Assembly (NCBI GenBank): GCA_044892525.1
Contig: CM097885.1
Span: 18,664,001-18,728,000, forward strand
From: Schmidtea polychroa
Taxonomy: Eukaryota
Length of the DNA: 64,000 nt
Reading direction: 5' to 3'
Positions 23,133 to 37,126 of the stretch are shown one piece after another. A program made the translations under genes and the position numbers. The number at the start of each line of letters is the position of its first letter. Within the stretch, counting starts at the first letter, position 1. Under the pieces are notes generated by a model. That model saw only the letters and a program-made list of their open reading frames with translations, was not told where the DNA came from and did no database searches.

Positions 23133-25498
23133 TAACAAAGGCATGTGCAATAGATGTGCATGACTAACATGTCGAATGTTTGTGTAAAGTTTTCCCTTAA
23201 TTATTGCTTCTTATTGACAATTTTTTGTACAAGTACGCACACACTTTCAATCCAAAAACATAGATTTTTCATAAACTTTAAAGAAATTTACATGTATTTT
23301 GATAAAATTTCATGATTTTTCCCATTACACACGAATAAAGTCAGTTTTTCTACTCCAAATATACTTTGAGTTAGACTTTTTATTGAAAATATATAGCGTG
23401 TGTGTATTTGACCTACATAATTTTAAAAAAAATTTCTAAGTATTTGAATTGACCTATATATTTGACCGTGACCTTGACCTTGAAAAATATTTTACCTTGA
23501 TCTACATAATTTTTAAAAATTAAAAGATTTCTAAGGATTTGAGTTGACCTACATAAAAACTCTAAAATATTTCTACAAATATTTTTTGTTGACCTACATA
23601 AATTTTTGAGTTGACCTACATAATTTATTCCAAAAACTTCATCGCTTATATTGTATTCTGTGCTTACTTGTTTAATACAATTAAGTACATTTTTGTTATA
23701 AAAGTCTTAAAATATATTCATAAGAAAATCTAACCGGTTTGAACATTGTTGATTCTTCCATAAATTCATAAGAAAATCAGGTAGGATTGTGCAGATACTG
23801 ATACTTCAATTTTTATTTAATGATTGAATTCAGAATTAAATTCAGAATCCAGGATCCGACGAAGTTAATTTATCGTAAATGATTGATATGTTATTGAAGG
23901 TCAATTAGTTATTATTGATCCAATTATATTTTGTATAGCTCCAATCAGGGGTGATATGACATTCGATCTGAAATTTTCGTTAGTAGAACTTCGAATATTT
24001 ATGGCGTATGTGTATATCAAAAATGGGGAAATTGGTGTTGATACCACAATGTGTAATGAGCTGATTTTTCGAATACTGTAATATTTAGAAATTATGTGTC
24101 TTCGGAGGAAACAGACTTTCGTCAGATTGATAAAACTCCATGGTTTGGCATACATTTTGAAATAAAAGGTGCAATGTTCAAAAGAGAAAATGAATATTTA
24201 AACGATGTAATTAAATTAACTTAATTTAATAATGCATTTTTAATTATTAAATTTAATATATTTATTAATTTGAATGTCGGAGGCACTACAATGTTTTTAC
24301 AAATTTGTAAATTATTGAAATAAATGAACATTTTGGTATTTACAATAACAGGTTCTCATCATTTATTATTTTATTTATTTATTTTCTCGACAACTCACAT
24401 TTTTAAATTTAATTTACCAGTGTCTTCAGTATTGAATTCTTAATATTAGTTTGCAATTTTTTCCAAATATTAAAATTTTAAATGGTTTTCCTTACATAAA
24501 ACATTTCTACATATCGAAAGTTGACATGTATATTTTACGAAGTGCTGTGTTTGTATGTTCAATTTATTTTTTCTATCACTTTTTGATTTCTTTATGAAAA
24601 TTTTTATTCCATGCAATATTAAATATTAAATTCAGCATACAGGTAAGTTTGTGTGTTTCTACAACAAAAGTTTATTGAATTTTTATATTATAAAAGCTTT
24701 TCCCATAGAAAGAGGTGTAATAGGTACACTATGTAACGTGGAAGAACCCCTTATTTATAACATATTATTTTATGTACACCCAAAATAAACGAATTTTAAA
24801 AAGGTAACTTTTAAGACTTGTATTTAGATTTTGTTACCTCTTCATCAATTTATATATAGATTGTATTTTTAAATATTTTAATATTATTTTTCAAGAATTT
24901 ATGATATTTATGCAAATTTTATTGGAATTATTATAAAAAAGTTATTCGAAAAGTTACTTTTTTGTGTAAATGTATAACAAAATAATAAGAAAAATCAAAG
25001 AAAAAATTTTATTTAAAGATGTTAATAATCAAATGAAACAACTTGGAGCCCATTTATGTCAGCACAGCTTAATTACTCTAAACATTCTGTCGTTGATGTT
25101 TTGCAACAAGGTTTTACCACTTACCTAAAAGACATCCAGCACTGCATTCTTTAATTCATTGGTTGTCTTAGTAATTTAAGAAAAGATAGTAGGTTTAATT
25201 ATTTCCCATTGACCATTCGCATGAAGTGAAATTTGGAGAGTGTGAAAATCATGTACTTGGTCCTCTTTCCTATCCAACAATCCGGAAGATGTCACAGCTT
25301 TGAGCCGGAGCGCCATTCTGATTTTTAGTTTGTTTATTTTGAATTTTTTTTATTAAGTTTTTATCAGAAATTGTAAATATTAAGTTTTTATAATTAAAAT
25401 TGTAAGAATTTTTGAATGTGAAAATAATAAATATTTTGGAAGTGTTTTTCATTATATTTTGAGAGTTGTCAGTGAAATTTAAAATGATTTTATGGTAG

Positions 25499-25585
<87 letters not shown>

Positions 25586-25711
25586 AATAAAATGATAATT
25601 TAAGCCTTTTGCTGCAAATAATGATTTAATGAAAATATTTTCGACTATAAGATAGTCCTTGTCAAGATTGATAATAATAAATAATAAATACTGCTACCAA
25701 GAAATCATCAT

Positions 25712-25821
<110 letters not shown>

Positions 25822-26642
25822 AATAATCAAATTTTAAAATAATAAACTATACTATGTATATTAGAAACTGCTAGAACATATTCTAAATTACTTTTTAAAT
25901 CAGGTTCAAAAGATAACGTCATAATTCCAAGTATTTATTTAATGAAATATTGTATAATTTTCAAACAAATTTTCAGCGTTGAATAAAAACCATTTATTAA
26001 AATTTCGATATTTAAAATATATTTATTTAAAAATTATTTACTATTAAAACTTCTTTTAAAAACCTCATTTAATTTTTCATTTTAAAAATTTTTTTAAAAG
26101 TTATTTTAATAGTCCATTATTTATCATTTAAAATTATCTTAATAAATCATTGAAATATTTAATTCTCAGCTGAAAACATCTCACAATGTTAATAAATAAA
26201 TCATGTTGGTATCCAGGAAAAAATTATTAATTTATGAAGATTAATTTAAATTTAACCAAGCTGAAACTTTCATTAAAATTTTGTCATTAAAGAAAGTGAG
26301 AGAATAAAATGGATATTGTGTTTTATCAACGAGTTGTTAATTAAACATTAAGTTAATTAAAATTTCTAGTTAATTCAAGTGCGATTGATTTAATTGAATG
26401 GTTTTCATTCTAGGAGATCTGCGCGTTCATCCGAACGGTTTGCTCCTGAAAAAAAAGATTTTTAAATCAATAAATTTTTCAGGATCAAAAAATTCTCCAA
26501 ATATCGATCAGAATTGAATTATTCAATATTCAGGGCATATTTTTGTTTTAATGGAATGAAATAAATAAACAATGGTCATTTAGATAATCCTATAATAGAT
26601 ATAATTATTACGAGAATAAATGTAAGAAATTCGAGTTATCTA

Positions 26643-27751
26643 CTGTAAAATCTCGAGTATATATTTCAAAACGTATTTGCTGCAGAGATGGTTTTTAACA
26701 CATTAACTGCACAATTTACATTGAAGGGACACAGTATTTTATTGGCCAAGTAGCAAAACGTTTTTGCAATAAAATAAATAAAAAAAACAATTATTATTAA
26801 TTTTCACTGTAGAATACACAACGAAAAGACTCTAAAAATATATTGTGATTTTAAAATCACCAACCAATCATTGATAAACAAATGTGACAATAATAATATG
26901 AAAAATCATTATATAGAATTAATTTCATATTTAATTGCGAATCGTATACGATGCACAATACATGTGTTTTTTAGCATTGCGGCGTTCAACGTGTTAATAA
27001 TAACAATTTTATATTGATTGATTACATCGTAAGTGACTATTTTCTGCAATATTTTCTGTAATTCTTAAATCACCGATGACAAATTGCCAACGATAGTGGA
27101 TCAAAACAAAAGAAACAGGAAAGATCTTTCATTTCAGTAAAGAAAAAGGAAATTATTGAAGTAACTTGTCAATTAAGAAACAAATGGGAAGTTGCGTGAT
27201 GATATGATATCAACAAAACTGTTGTTCGATGGTCAATCGCTCAAGACCCTTTTATCAAAGCAATTTATCCAAATCGAAAAGTCCTATGTGGTGATAACGC
27301 TAGATATCCGAAATTGAAAACGAAATTACACAAATGGATGCTAATGCAACATGAACAAGAACTTCGAGTACTACTTATACAAATTCAATTACAGGCACAT
27401 GCTAATGCCAAAGAAACGATGACTGAATAATTTATCGCCAACTCTCAATAAGTTTAGAACCATCATCAATGGTTTGAATAAAGATTTGACCAATACTCAA
27501 ATCGGAAATTTTGATGAAGTGTCCGTTCAATATGGCATACCATTATGATATACAGTTGAAACTAAAAGTGCCTTGATGTTTGAATTAAAACTACAAAATA
27601 CGAGTAAAACATTTTTTCTGTTAATTTTTGTTTACTCAAAGATGGTGCTAAATTTCCACTTTTTGTTATTTAGGACAGAAAGACACTTTCAAAGACTTGC
27701 ATTCCTCAAGCAAAGCCTATTGTTGCAACCAATGAATATCATTGCCACCTA
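26643..27751 (+). pseudogene. pogo/Tigger (CENP-B HTH + DDE_1) transposon fossil, continuing at 41101-41160 after the element 2 insertion
   Basis: TIR-like TA|CTGTAAAATCTCGAGTATA, ARYPKL..KLHKWM, IGNFDEV and DGAKFP. After the insertion it reads TIISVISYGL, similar to the AVIPGGL motif. Confidence 0.75.
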
Positions 27752-27859
27752 AGTAGGTAGATAGTGGCCCACTGCAACAATTACCCCCCTCCCCCCCCTA
27801 GAAAAAAAATTTTTGCAACTCGCATTTTTTGTTGCAACTTTTTATTACGCAATTGTTCC

Positions 27860-28210
27860 ACACTATAGTGAGGGGGTCTCGATGGTCCTGGGATTTTCAA
27901 TACAAAAAAATTTTTTCAATACAAAAATCCGATTATCACTAAAAAAGCATGGAATTTTCAGACTATAGTGAGGGGGGGGGGGGGGGGGGGTCTCGATGGT
28001 CCTGGGATTTTCAATACAAATAAAATTTTTTCAATACAAAAATCCGACTACCACTAAAAAAGCCAAGAATTTATCAGACTATAGTGAGGGGGTCTCGATG
28101 GTCCTGGGATTTTCAATACAAATAAAATTTTTTCAATACAAAAATCCGACTACCACTAAAAAAGCCAAGGATTTATCAGACTATAGTGAGGGGGTCTCCT
28201 TGGTCCTGAG
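27860..28210. repeat. ~110-bp subterminal repeats (ACTATAGTGAGGGGGTCTCGATGGTCCTGGGATTTTCAATAC); inverted counterpart at 40690-40990
   Basis: Units visible by eye. Related sequence at 12660-12780. Confidence 0.85.
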
Positions 28211-28249
28211 AAAAAGGTGGTCTACACTAAAAAACGTGGTAAATTTTTT

Positions 28250-28800
28250 CAATTAAAGTAAATAATGGTTCTAAAAAATTAAATTACAGTAAATAATGGT
28301 CCAAAATTTTCAATTACAGTAAATAATGGTCTAAAATTTTCAATTAAGTAAATAATGGTCCTAAAAATTGAATTACTGTAAATTATGGTCCTAAAAAATT
28401 AAATTACAGTAAATTATGGTCCTAAAAAATTAAATTACAGTAAATTATGGTCCAGATTTTTCAATTACAGTAAATTATGGTCCAAATTTTTCAAATACAG
28501 TAAATTATGGTCCAAATTTTTCAATTACAGTAAATAATGGTTCTAAAAAATTAAATTACAGTTAATTATAGTCCTAAAAATTGAATTACAGTAAATTATG
28601 GGTCTAAAAATTGAATTAAAGTAAATTATGGTCCAAATTTTTCAATTACAGTAAATTATGGTTCAAAAAATTGAATTACAGTAAATTATGGTCCAAATTT
28701 TTGAATTAAAGTAAATTTTGGTTCTAATAAATTAAATTAAAGTAAATTATGGTTCTAAAAAAATTAAATTAAAGTTAATTAAGGTCCAAATTTTAAAATT
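28250..28800. repeat. ~30-bp tandem array, left arm of element 2
   Basis: AATTACAGTAAATTATGGTCCAAATTTTTC-type units. Confidence 0.9.
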
Positions 28801-29054
28801 AAGTAATCAATGGTAAAAAATTTTAAATAAGTAAATTAAAGTAAATTAAAGTAAGATTTTTAAATTTATTAACGAAAAGTTGAAATAATAGGTGTTTGAG
28901 AATTGAAATTTTTTAATGAAAATTTTTATGAAATAATTTTTTAAGAAATTTTTAATGAAATATTTTTCAATGGTAATTTTAGATGGAAATTTTTAAGATA
29001 ATTTTTAATGAAAATTTTTATGAAATATTTTTCAAAGACAAATTTTAATAATAA

Positions 29055-29750
29055 TTCAACAACAAACCAACAACCAGTAACTTACGAACATGTATTAACA
29101 ACCAGAGACCTACAACCAGTTACCTGATACCAAGTACCAACAACCAAAAACATGCAACCAACTAGGTACCAAGTACTAACAACTAGCTACCACCTACCCA
29201 TTAACTAGCTACTAAGTACTAACAACCAACAACAACCAGGTACTAAGCATTATTAACCACCTACTAAGTACCGACAATCAGTAACTTACGAACATGTATT
29301 ACCAACCAGATACCTACAACTAGTTACTAACAACCAGTTACCTGATACCAAGTACTAACAACCCACAACAATTAGCTAACAACTAACTACCACCTACCAA
29401 GTACCTACAACCAATAACAACCAACTACTAAGTACTAACAACCAAAAACAATCAACTAGGTACTAGATACCAAGTACTTACAACAAACATCAACCAAGTA
29501 CCTACAACAACCTACCAAGTACTTACAACCAACATCAACCAGATACCTACAACTAGACACCAACAACCAGTTACCACCTACCCAATCACTAGCTACAACC
29601 AGCTAACAACTAACTACCAAGTACATACAACCAACAACAACCAAGTACTAAGCATTATCAACCAAGTACTAACAACCAAGTACAAGATACCTAGTACTAA
29701 CAACCCGCTAACAACTATATACCAAGCACTTACAACCAGATGACCACATG
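29055..29750. repeat. Strand-biased ACAACC/TACTAAC mosaic repeat; inverted, expanded counterpart at 37580-38870
   Basis: Shuffled short motifs (ACAACC, AGTACTAAC, TACCTAC). Confidence 0.85.
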
Positions 29751-32469
29751 AAATTATTGGTTAAATATGAAAATAATGGTTATAATTAGTTGTTAAGTAA
29801 ATTATGGTGTAAAATTAAGAAATAAAGAATAATTAGGAAAATTAGGATATATTAAGGAAAATTAAGGTTCAAAATTTAAAATTAAGTAACCAATGGTTCA
29901 AATTTTAAATTAAAGCTAAATGAGTAAATTAAAGTAATAATTTTTAAATAAGTAATGTAATAAGTAAATTAAACTAAGATTTTTAAATTTATTATCAAAA
30001 GATTGAATAACCACCAACTTTTTTGAGAAATGTAATTTTTAATGAAAATTTAAATGGAAATTTTTTTTTAAGTTAATTTTAAACGTCATATTTTTTAAAT
30101 AGAAATTTTTAAGTTAATTTTTTAAGTTATTTTCAATGAAATATTTTTCAAAGTCAAATGAAAATTTTAATGGAATAATAATAATAATAATAATAAAAAT
30201 AATCATAATAATAATAATAATAATTCAACAGTTCCCAACAATCGGATACTAAATATTTTTAACTAGGTGCTAACAAATAAGTACAAAAATACTTACAACA
30301 TGATACCACGTACTAACTAACTCTCAAACAACCACATACTTACAACTAACTACTTACACTCAACTAAAATTAATATTTTTTATACAGCTTCTATAATAAT
30401 TTTAATTACAATCAGTAGAAAAACCTTTTCAAATGTAACAAAAATGTTGATTTTCATCAAAAAACCACAACTCAATCACTTTAAAACACCAAGTGAAATT
30501 CAAAATAATTTAAATTAGAATGAAAGACTAATGAATTCTAATTTACAAAACATTCTTCTTTTAAATGATAACTACTGACTTATTATTGCAAAGTAAAAAT
30601 CACATTCAATAAATACTTATTGTTGATCAGTTTTATTATATATACTCTGAGTTTATCCGACAGGATGTTTTGACCCTCTAAGGGTACTGGTCGTAAGGGT
30701 ATTAGTCGTAGGGGTACTGGTTGTAAGGATATTGCTAACACTCAACCCCCACCTACCCATTAACTAGTTACTAAGTACTAACAACCAGCTAGCAACTAAA
30801 TACTAAACACTAACAACCACCATCAACCAGATACTAAACATTATCAACCTACAACTATATAACAACAATCAGTAAACAACACTGTACCAACTACCAAATA
30901 CAAGATACCAACAACTTAGTACCAACAATCAACTAACAACACATAAAAATAATAGCAATTAAATACAAAATATTCTTCATCGCATACACTATTTTCTTAT
31001 CAAAATCTAAAAAGTCAACCAACTACTAACAACCAACAACTATGTACTAACAAATAGATCTTTAAAAGCAAATACTCATCACTTGAAAAATTAGATGGAA
31101 AATTATTTGAACTCAAGGCATCAATAACTAGGTAAAAATTGATTAAATTATTGTAAAAAATTTAAATTATTCAAAATAAATATCATAAAAATTTAAATTA
31201 TTCAAAATAAATATCATAAAAATTTAATTAATGGACAAGAAAAAATTCTAATCATTAATCATCAAGTAAATAAAAAAAAATACTGATCATTCAAGTTGAA
31301 TCAACTAAGATAATAAATTAATAAAATTTGAAACAAAATCTAGTAGATAATTGATTTAGATTGAATAAATTAATTGAAATAAATTAATTTTAATTATTTA
31401 TTTTTAAAGTAATACATGTACTCAAATTGATTGACTGATTTCTCAATATATTCAAAAAATCAGTATAAATTCATTACAATTATCAAAGTCATCAATCTAC
31501 AATAAAAATAATTATCATTAAATTCCAAAAGAGACTAGATAGCTAATGATAACATCTAACAAACCAGTAAATTCATTTAAATGACAACAATTGGTATATT
31601 CAAGTGAATTCTCCAATAAAATCATCTAAAAAGAATCATTCCCCCCCTAAATATATCAATATTTAAAGAATTGTATTTTAATGATAGGTACTTGTTAAAG
31701 ATCATATATTCACCTCAAACTAATAAGATTCCTTAAAATCCCTTAAATGACTATATTTCAACCCTTAATTCATATTATTAAAAATATCATCTAAAAAGCA
31801 TCAAATTTCCTTGAAATAACTCTATCCTTAAAGATTGATATTTTAATGATAAGTACCCGTAAAAGATCATATACTCCCCTCAGACTAATAAGATTGCTTA
31901 AAATCCCCTTTAAATGACTATAATTCTAACTTTAATTCCTATTATCATACATATTTCGCTATTGATAAAACCAGTTATAATTAAATTATTTGTTAATCAC
32001 TGTACTCGATATTTTAAATAAATATTACTGTACAATATAACTGACTAGGTCCTATTGAAAGATTAAATTTATCCATTCAATAAAATATATTTCTTCAAAT
32101 GATCATTTTTACCAATATTCAACCGATTTAATTACTAATTAAAATCAATCGATAGATTTCTTTCAATAAAGATCAATTTTATTTAGTCAATGTTTTAAGT
32201 CCATATTTCTCAACTTTTGTCGTTGTCCGTCTAAATAAAGATAAAAATAATTTAAAGTTGATATCAATCCCAATTATCTGTACGGATTTCATTGTCAAAA
32301 CCAAGTAAATCGATCATTATCCCTACTTAATAAAACATTGTTCTAAATTAATTTACTGTGCATTAATCACAACCTAATAAAACGATATAATTTCACATTA
32401 TTATTGATACATAACTGACTAATGTATTGCAATTTCCTTAAAAACATTGATATTTTACCAACATCACCC

Positions 32470-32710
32470 TTAAAAAATCATATATTCCCATCTTAACCCA
32501 TCTCTCATTAAATTTAACCGACTATATCTCCCTTACAATGATATATTCCCATCTTAACCGATCTTTCATTACATTTAACCGACTATATCCCCTTAAAAGA
32601 TCATATTTTCCCCATCTTATCCGATCTCTCATTAAATCTAACCAACAATATCCCATCTTAACCGATCTCTCACCAAATATTTCTACCCCTTTAAACATCT
32701 AACCGAATAT
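32470..32710. repeat. CCCATCTTAACCGA..CTCATTAAATCTAACCGACTATAT repeats; inverted counterpart at 34400-34765
   Basis: Several imperfect tandem units near the inner end of each arm. Confidence 0.8.
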
Positions 32711-35700
32711 ATCCTTCAATTCTACCCACTTGACTCCTCCTTTAATTCAATTCAGTCTTAAAATCTTTAAAGAACTTCAAAAATATGACTTAATTGTTAA
32801 AGACACCAGGCATTCTTCCATTGAAATAATTTAGAAGCTAAATAATAAGAGCCCACTAACTAATCAAAATCATGGAAGGGCAGGGGAAAAAATATATTAC
32901 GTCGCGGTATTTTAAAATTAAAATTTATTTTAAAAACACATTTTGACGCTAAAGTCGACTTATGTAACAAAGATATAATAAACTCATTATTTCCTACAAA
33001 TATTTACCATCAAATACTTAACTAGAGATGATATATATTGTTTGATCATTATTCTTCATCGATTCAGCCAATCATTTTCAATCACTGTCAGCAAACTAAA
33101 TTTCTGTATATCCTACAATAATTATCAAGTAAATTTAAAGTCCCTGATAAAGTTAACTGGTTTCTTAGCTTATGTTTTTTAAAGTTCATTAATGTGTAAA
33201 TATTCTTAGAAAATTATTGAAAAATTATTTAGTCAAATATATTACAAAGTTATCATCAAAAATTTATTCTATCACTTAATTATTAACCTAATTGTCAATG
33301 AAATTAATTTTTATTTTAAAACTATTCAATAAAATACAACTAATTATCAAGAAATTAATTAAATTTAATTAAATTTATCACCATTAAAACTTTAAATTTT
33401 TAATCAGTCAACATGAAATTCTTAGAAAATTATTCAATATCCTCATCAAAATTTATCCTATCACTTGATTATTGTACAAACTTTAATTATTAACCTCATT
33501 AAAAATAAATTTTTATTTAAAATTAAAAAACCAATCAATAAAAATACATTCAATTATCAAGAAATTAATTAAATTTACCTTAGAATTAGCATTAAACTAG
33601 TTTATTACATAACAAGCCGTGACTAGTTTATTACATAACAAGCTGTGAATGGTATTTTTATGTTATGTAATAAACTAGTTTAAATTACATATCCTCCTCA
33701 CTCTATTTCCCACTATGTATTCACTTATATCCCCCCGATTTTCCACTATTTAATCACTTATATTCCCCGATTTTCTACTTATATTCCACCGATTTTGATT
33801 AATTATTCCCCACAAATATTTCTTTTTTTTTATTAAATTTATAAATTTTATGAAATAATTTTAAATAAATTCAATTAATATATTTCCATTCTTATCAACC
33901 TTCATTTTATCTATGCCACTTCTCAGTATTTACCTCTCATGATCCATTAATGAATTATTCTACCAATTATTTTCACCCATTTGAATTTATCATCGAGTAA
34001 TGAATAATTTCCTCACTTTAATGGTGATTCTTACCACCTTCATTGTTAATTTTATCAAAGTTTAAAGAATATTTCTCTTTTTATCCTACAATTGCTTACC
34101 ACTTTAGATTTTTTATCGAAATTTATGATAATTTGACTAATTCAATGAAAAATTTGAATTGGTTTTATTATATATACTTTGAGTTTATCCGACAAAATAT
34201 TCTGTCCCCCTATGGGTATTGCTCACAAGGGTACTACTCACATTCAACATGTCGTAAGGATATTAGTCGTAAAGGTATTTAATGCTTTTATTTGAATGAT
34301 TATTTAGGCAAATTTGTTTGCATTCATTGATAATTTTTAGGATTTTAAGAGGATTGACTGAATTAAAGGAGGATTCAAGTGGGTAGAATTGAAGGATATA
34401 TTTGGTTAGATGTTTAAAGAGGTAGAAATATTTAATGAGAGATCGATTAAGATGGGAAAATATGATCTTTTAAGGGAGATATAGTCGGTTAGATTTAATG
34501 AAGGATGGGTTAAGATGGAAATAGATCATTGTAAGGGAGATATAGTCGATTGACTTTAATAAGAAATCGGTTAAGATGGGAATATATGATCTTTTGAGGG
34601 GATATAGTCGGTTAGATTTAATGAGAGATCAGATAAGGTGGGAATATATCATTGTAAGGGAGATATAGTCGATTGAATTTAATGAAGGATGGGTTAAGAT
34701 GGGAATATAGTCGGTTAAATTTAATGAGAGATGGGTTAAGATGGGAATATATGATTTTTTTAATGGTGATGTTGGTAAAATATCATTGTTTTAAGGGAAA
34801 TTGTAATTAGTCAGTTATGAATCAATAATAATTATATCGTTTTATTAGGTTGTGATTAATTCATTGTATATTAATTTAGATTTATGTTTTAGAACAATGT
34901 TTTATTAAGTAGGGATAATGATCGATTTACTTGGTTTTGACAATGAAAACTTTACAGATAATTGGGATTGATATCAACTTTAATTTATTTTTATCTTTAT
35001 TTAGACGGAGAATGACAAAATTTGAGAAATATGGACTTAAAACATCGACTAAATAAAATTGATCTTTATTTGAAGAAATCTATCGATTGATTTTAATTAG
35101 TAATTAAATCGATTGAATATCGGTAAAAATGATCATTTGAAGAAATATATTTTATTGAATGGATAAATTTAATCTTTCAATGGGACCTAGTCAGTTATAT
35201 TTATTTTAAATTTCGAGTACACTGATTAACAAAAATTTAATTATAACCAGTTTGATCATTAGATTTTATAAATTATTTAGGGTTAATGACCAAATTATTT
35301 TACATGTTTTATAGGGAAATATTCGTGATAATATGAATTAAAGTTAGAAATATAATCATTTAAAGGGGATTTTAAGCAATCTTATTAGTCTGAGGTAAAT
35401 ATATAACCTTTTAAGGATATTTATCGATAAAATACTAATCTTTAAAGATAGAGTTATTTCAGGGAAATTTGATGCTTTTTAGATGATATTTGTAATAATA
35501 TGAATTAAGGGTTGAAATATAGTCATTTAAGGGATTTTAAGGAATCTTATTAGTTTGAGGTGAATAAATGATCTTTAACAATTATTTATCATTAAAATAT
35601 TAATCTTTAAATATTGATATATTTAGGGGGAAATGATTCTTTTTAGATGATTTTATTAGAGAATTCGCTTGGATATACCAATTATTGCCATTTAAATGAA

Positions 35701-37044
35701 TTTACTGCTTTTTTAGACGTTATCATTAGTTATCAGTCTCTTTTGGAATTTAATGATAATTATTTTTAATGTAGATTGCTGACTTTGATAATTGTAATGA
35801 ATTTATACTGAATTCTTTGAATATTTTGAGCAATCAGTCAATCATTTTGAGTACTTTTAAAAAAATAATTAAAATTAATTTTATTTCAATTAATTTATAC
35901 AATCTAAATTATCTACTAGATCTTATTTCAAAGATTTTTATTAATTTATTATCTTAGTTGCTTCAACTTGAATGATCAGTATTTTTTTTATTTACTGGAT
36001 GATTAATGATTAGAATTCTTTCTTGTCTATTAATTAAATTTTTATGATATTTATTTTGAATAATTTAAATTTTTTACAATAATTTAATCAATTTTTACCT
36101 AGTTATTGATGTCTTGAGTTCAATTAATTTTCCATCTAATTTTTCAAGTGATGAGTATTTGCTTTTAAAGATCAATTTGTTAGTACATAGTTGTTGGTTG
36201 TTAGTAGTTGGTTGACTTTTTGGTTTTGATAAGAAAATAGTGTATGCGATGAAGAATATTTTGTATTTAATTGCTATTATTTTTATGTGTTGTTAGTTGA
36301 TTGTTGGTACTAAGTTGTTGGTATCTTGTATTTGGTAGTTGGTACAGTGTTGTTTACTGATTGTTGTTATATAGTTGTAGGTTGATAATGCTTAGTATCT
36401 GGTTGATGGTGGTTGTTAGTGTTTAGTATTTAGTTGCTAGCTGGTTGTTAGTACTTAGTAACTAGTTAATGGGTAGGTGGGGGTTGAGTGTTAGCAATAT
36501 CCTTACGACCAGTACCATTACGACCTGTACCCTTAGGGGGTCAAAACATGCTGTCGGATAAACTCAAAGTATATATAATAAAACTGATCAACAATAAGTA
36601 TTTATTGAATGCGATTTTAAATTGCAATAATAAGTCAGTAGTTATCATTTAAAAGAAGAATGTTTTGTAAATTAGAATTCATTAGTCTTTCATTGTAATT
36701 TAAATTATTTTGAATTCCACGTGGTGTTGAGTTGACAATTATTCATTTTTGATGAAAATAAACATTTTTATTAAATTTAGACATTTTGAAAAGGTTTTCC
36801 ACTGATTGTAATTAAACATATTTTTGAAGACATATAAAAAATTAATTTAAAAAGCATTTCATAAAATACAATAAAGAATATTTAGTTGGTTGTTAGTACT
36901 TGGTTGTTTTTACTTGGGTGTTTGAGATTTAGTTAGTATGTGGTATCATGTTGTAAGTATTTGGTACTTATTTGTTAGCACCTAGTTAAAAATATTTAGT
37001 AACCGATTGTTGGTAACTGTTGAATTATTATTATTATTATTTTA

Positions 37045-37126
<82 letters not shown>

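Noticed and set aside
19275..24293. Possible 5-kb TIR element (CACTGTAGTGCCTCTGAC / GTCGGAGGCACTACAATG)
   Set aside because: The inverted match is real, but no TSD or assignable transposase was found. They may be two independent copies of a dispersed repeat, and a similar motif occurs near 61800.
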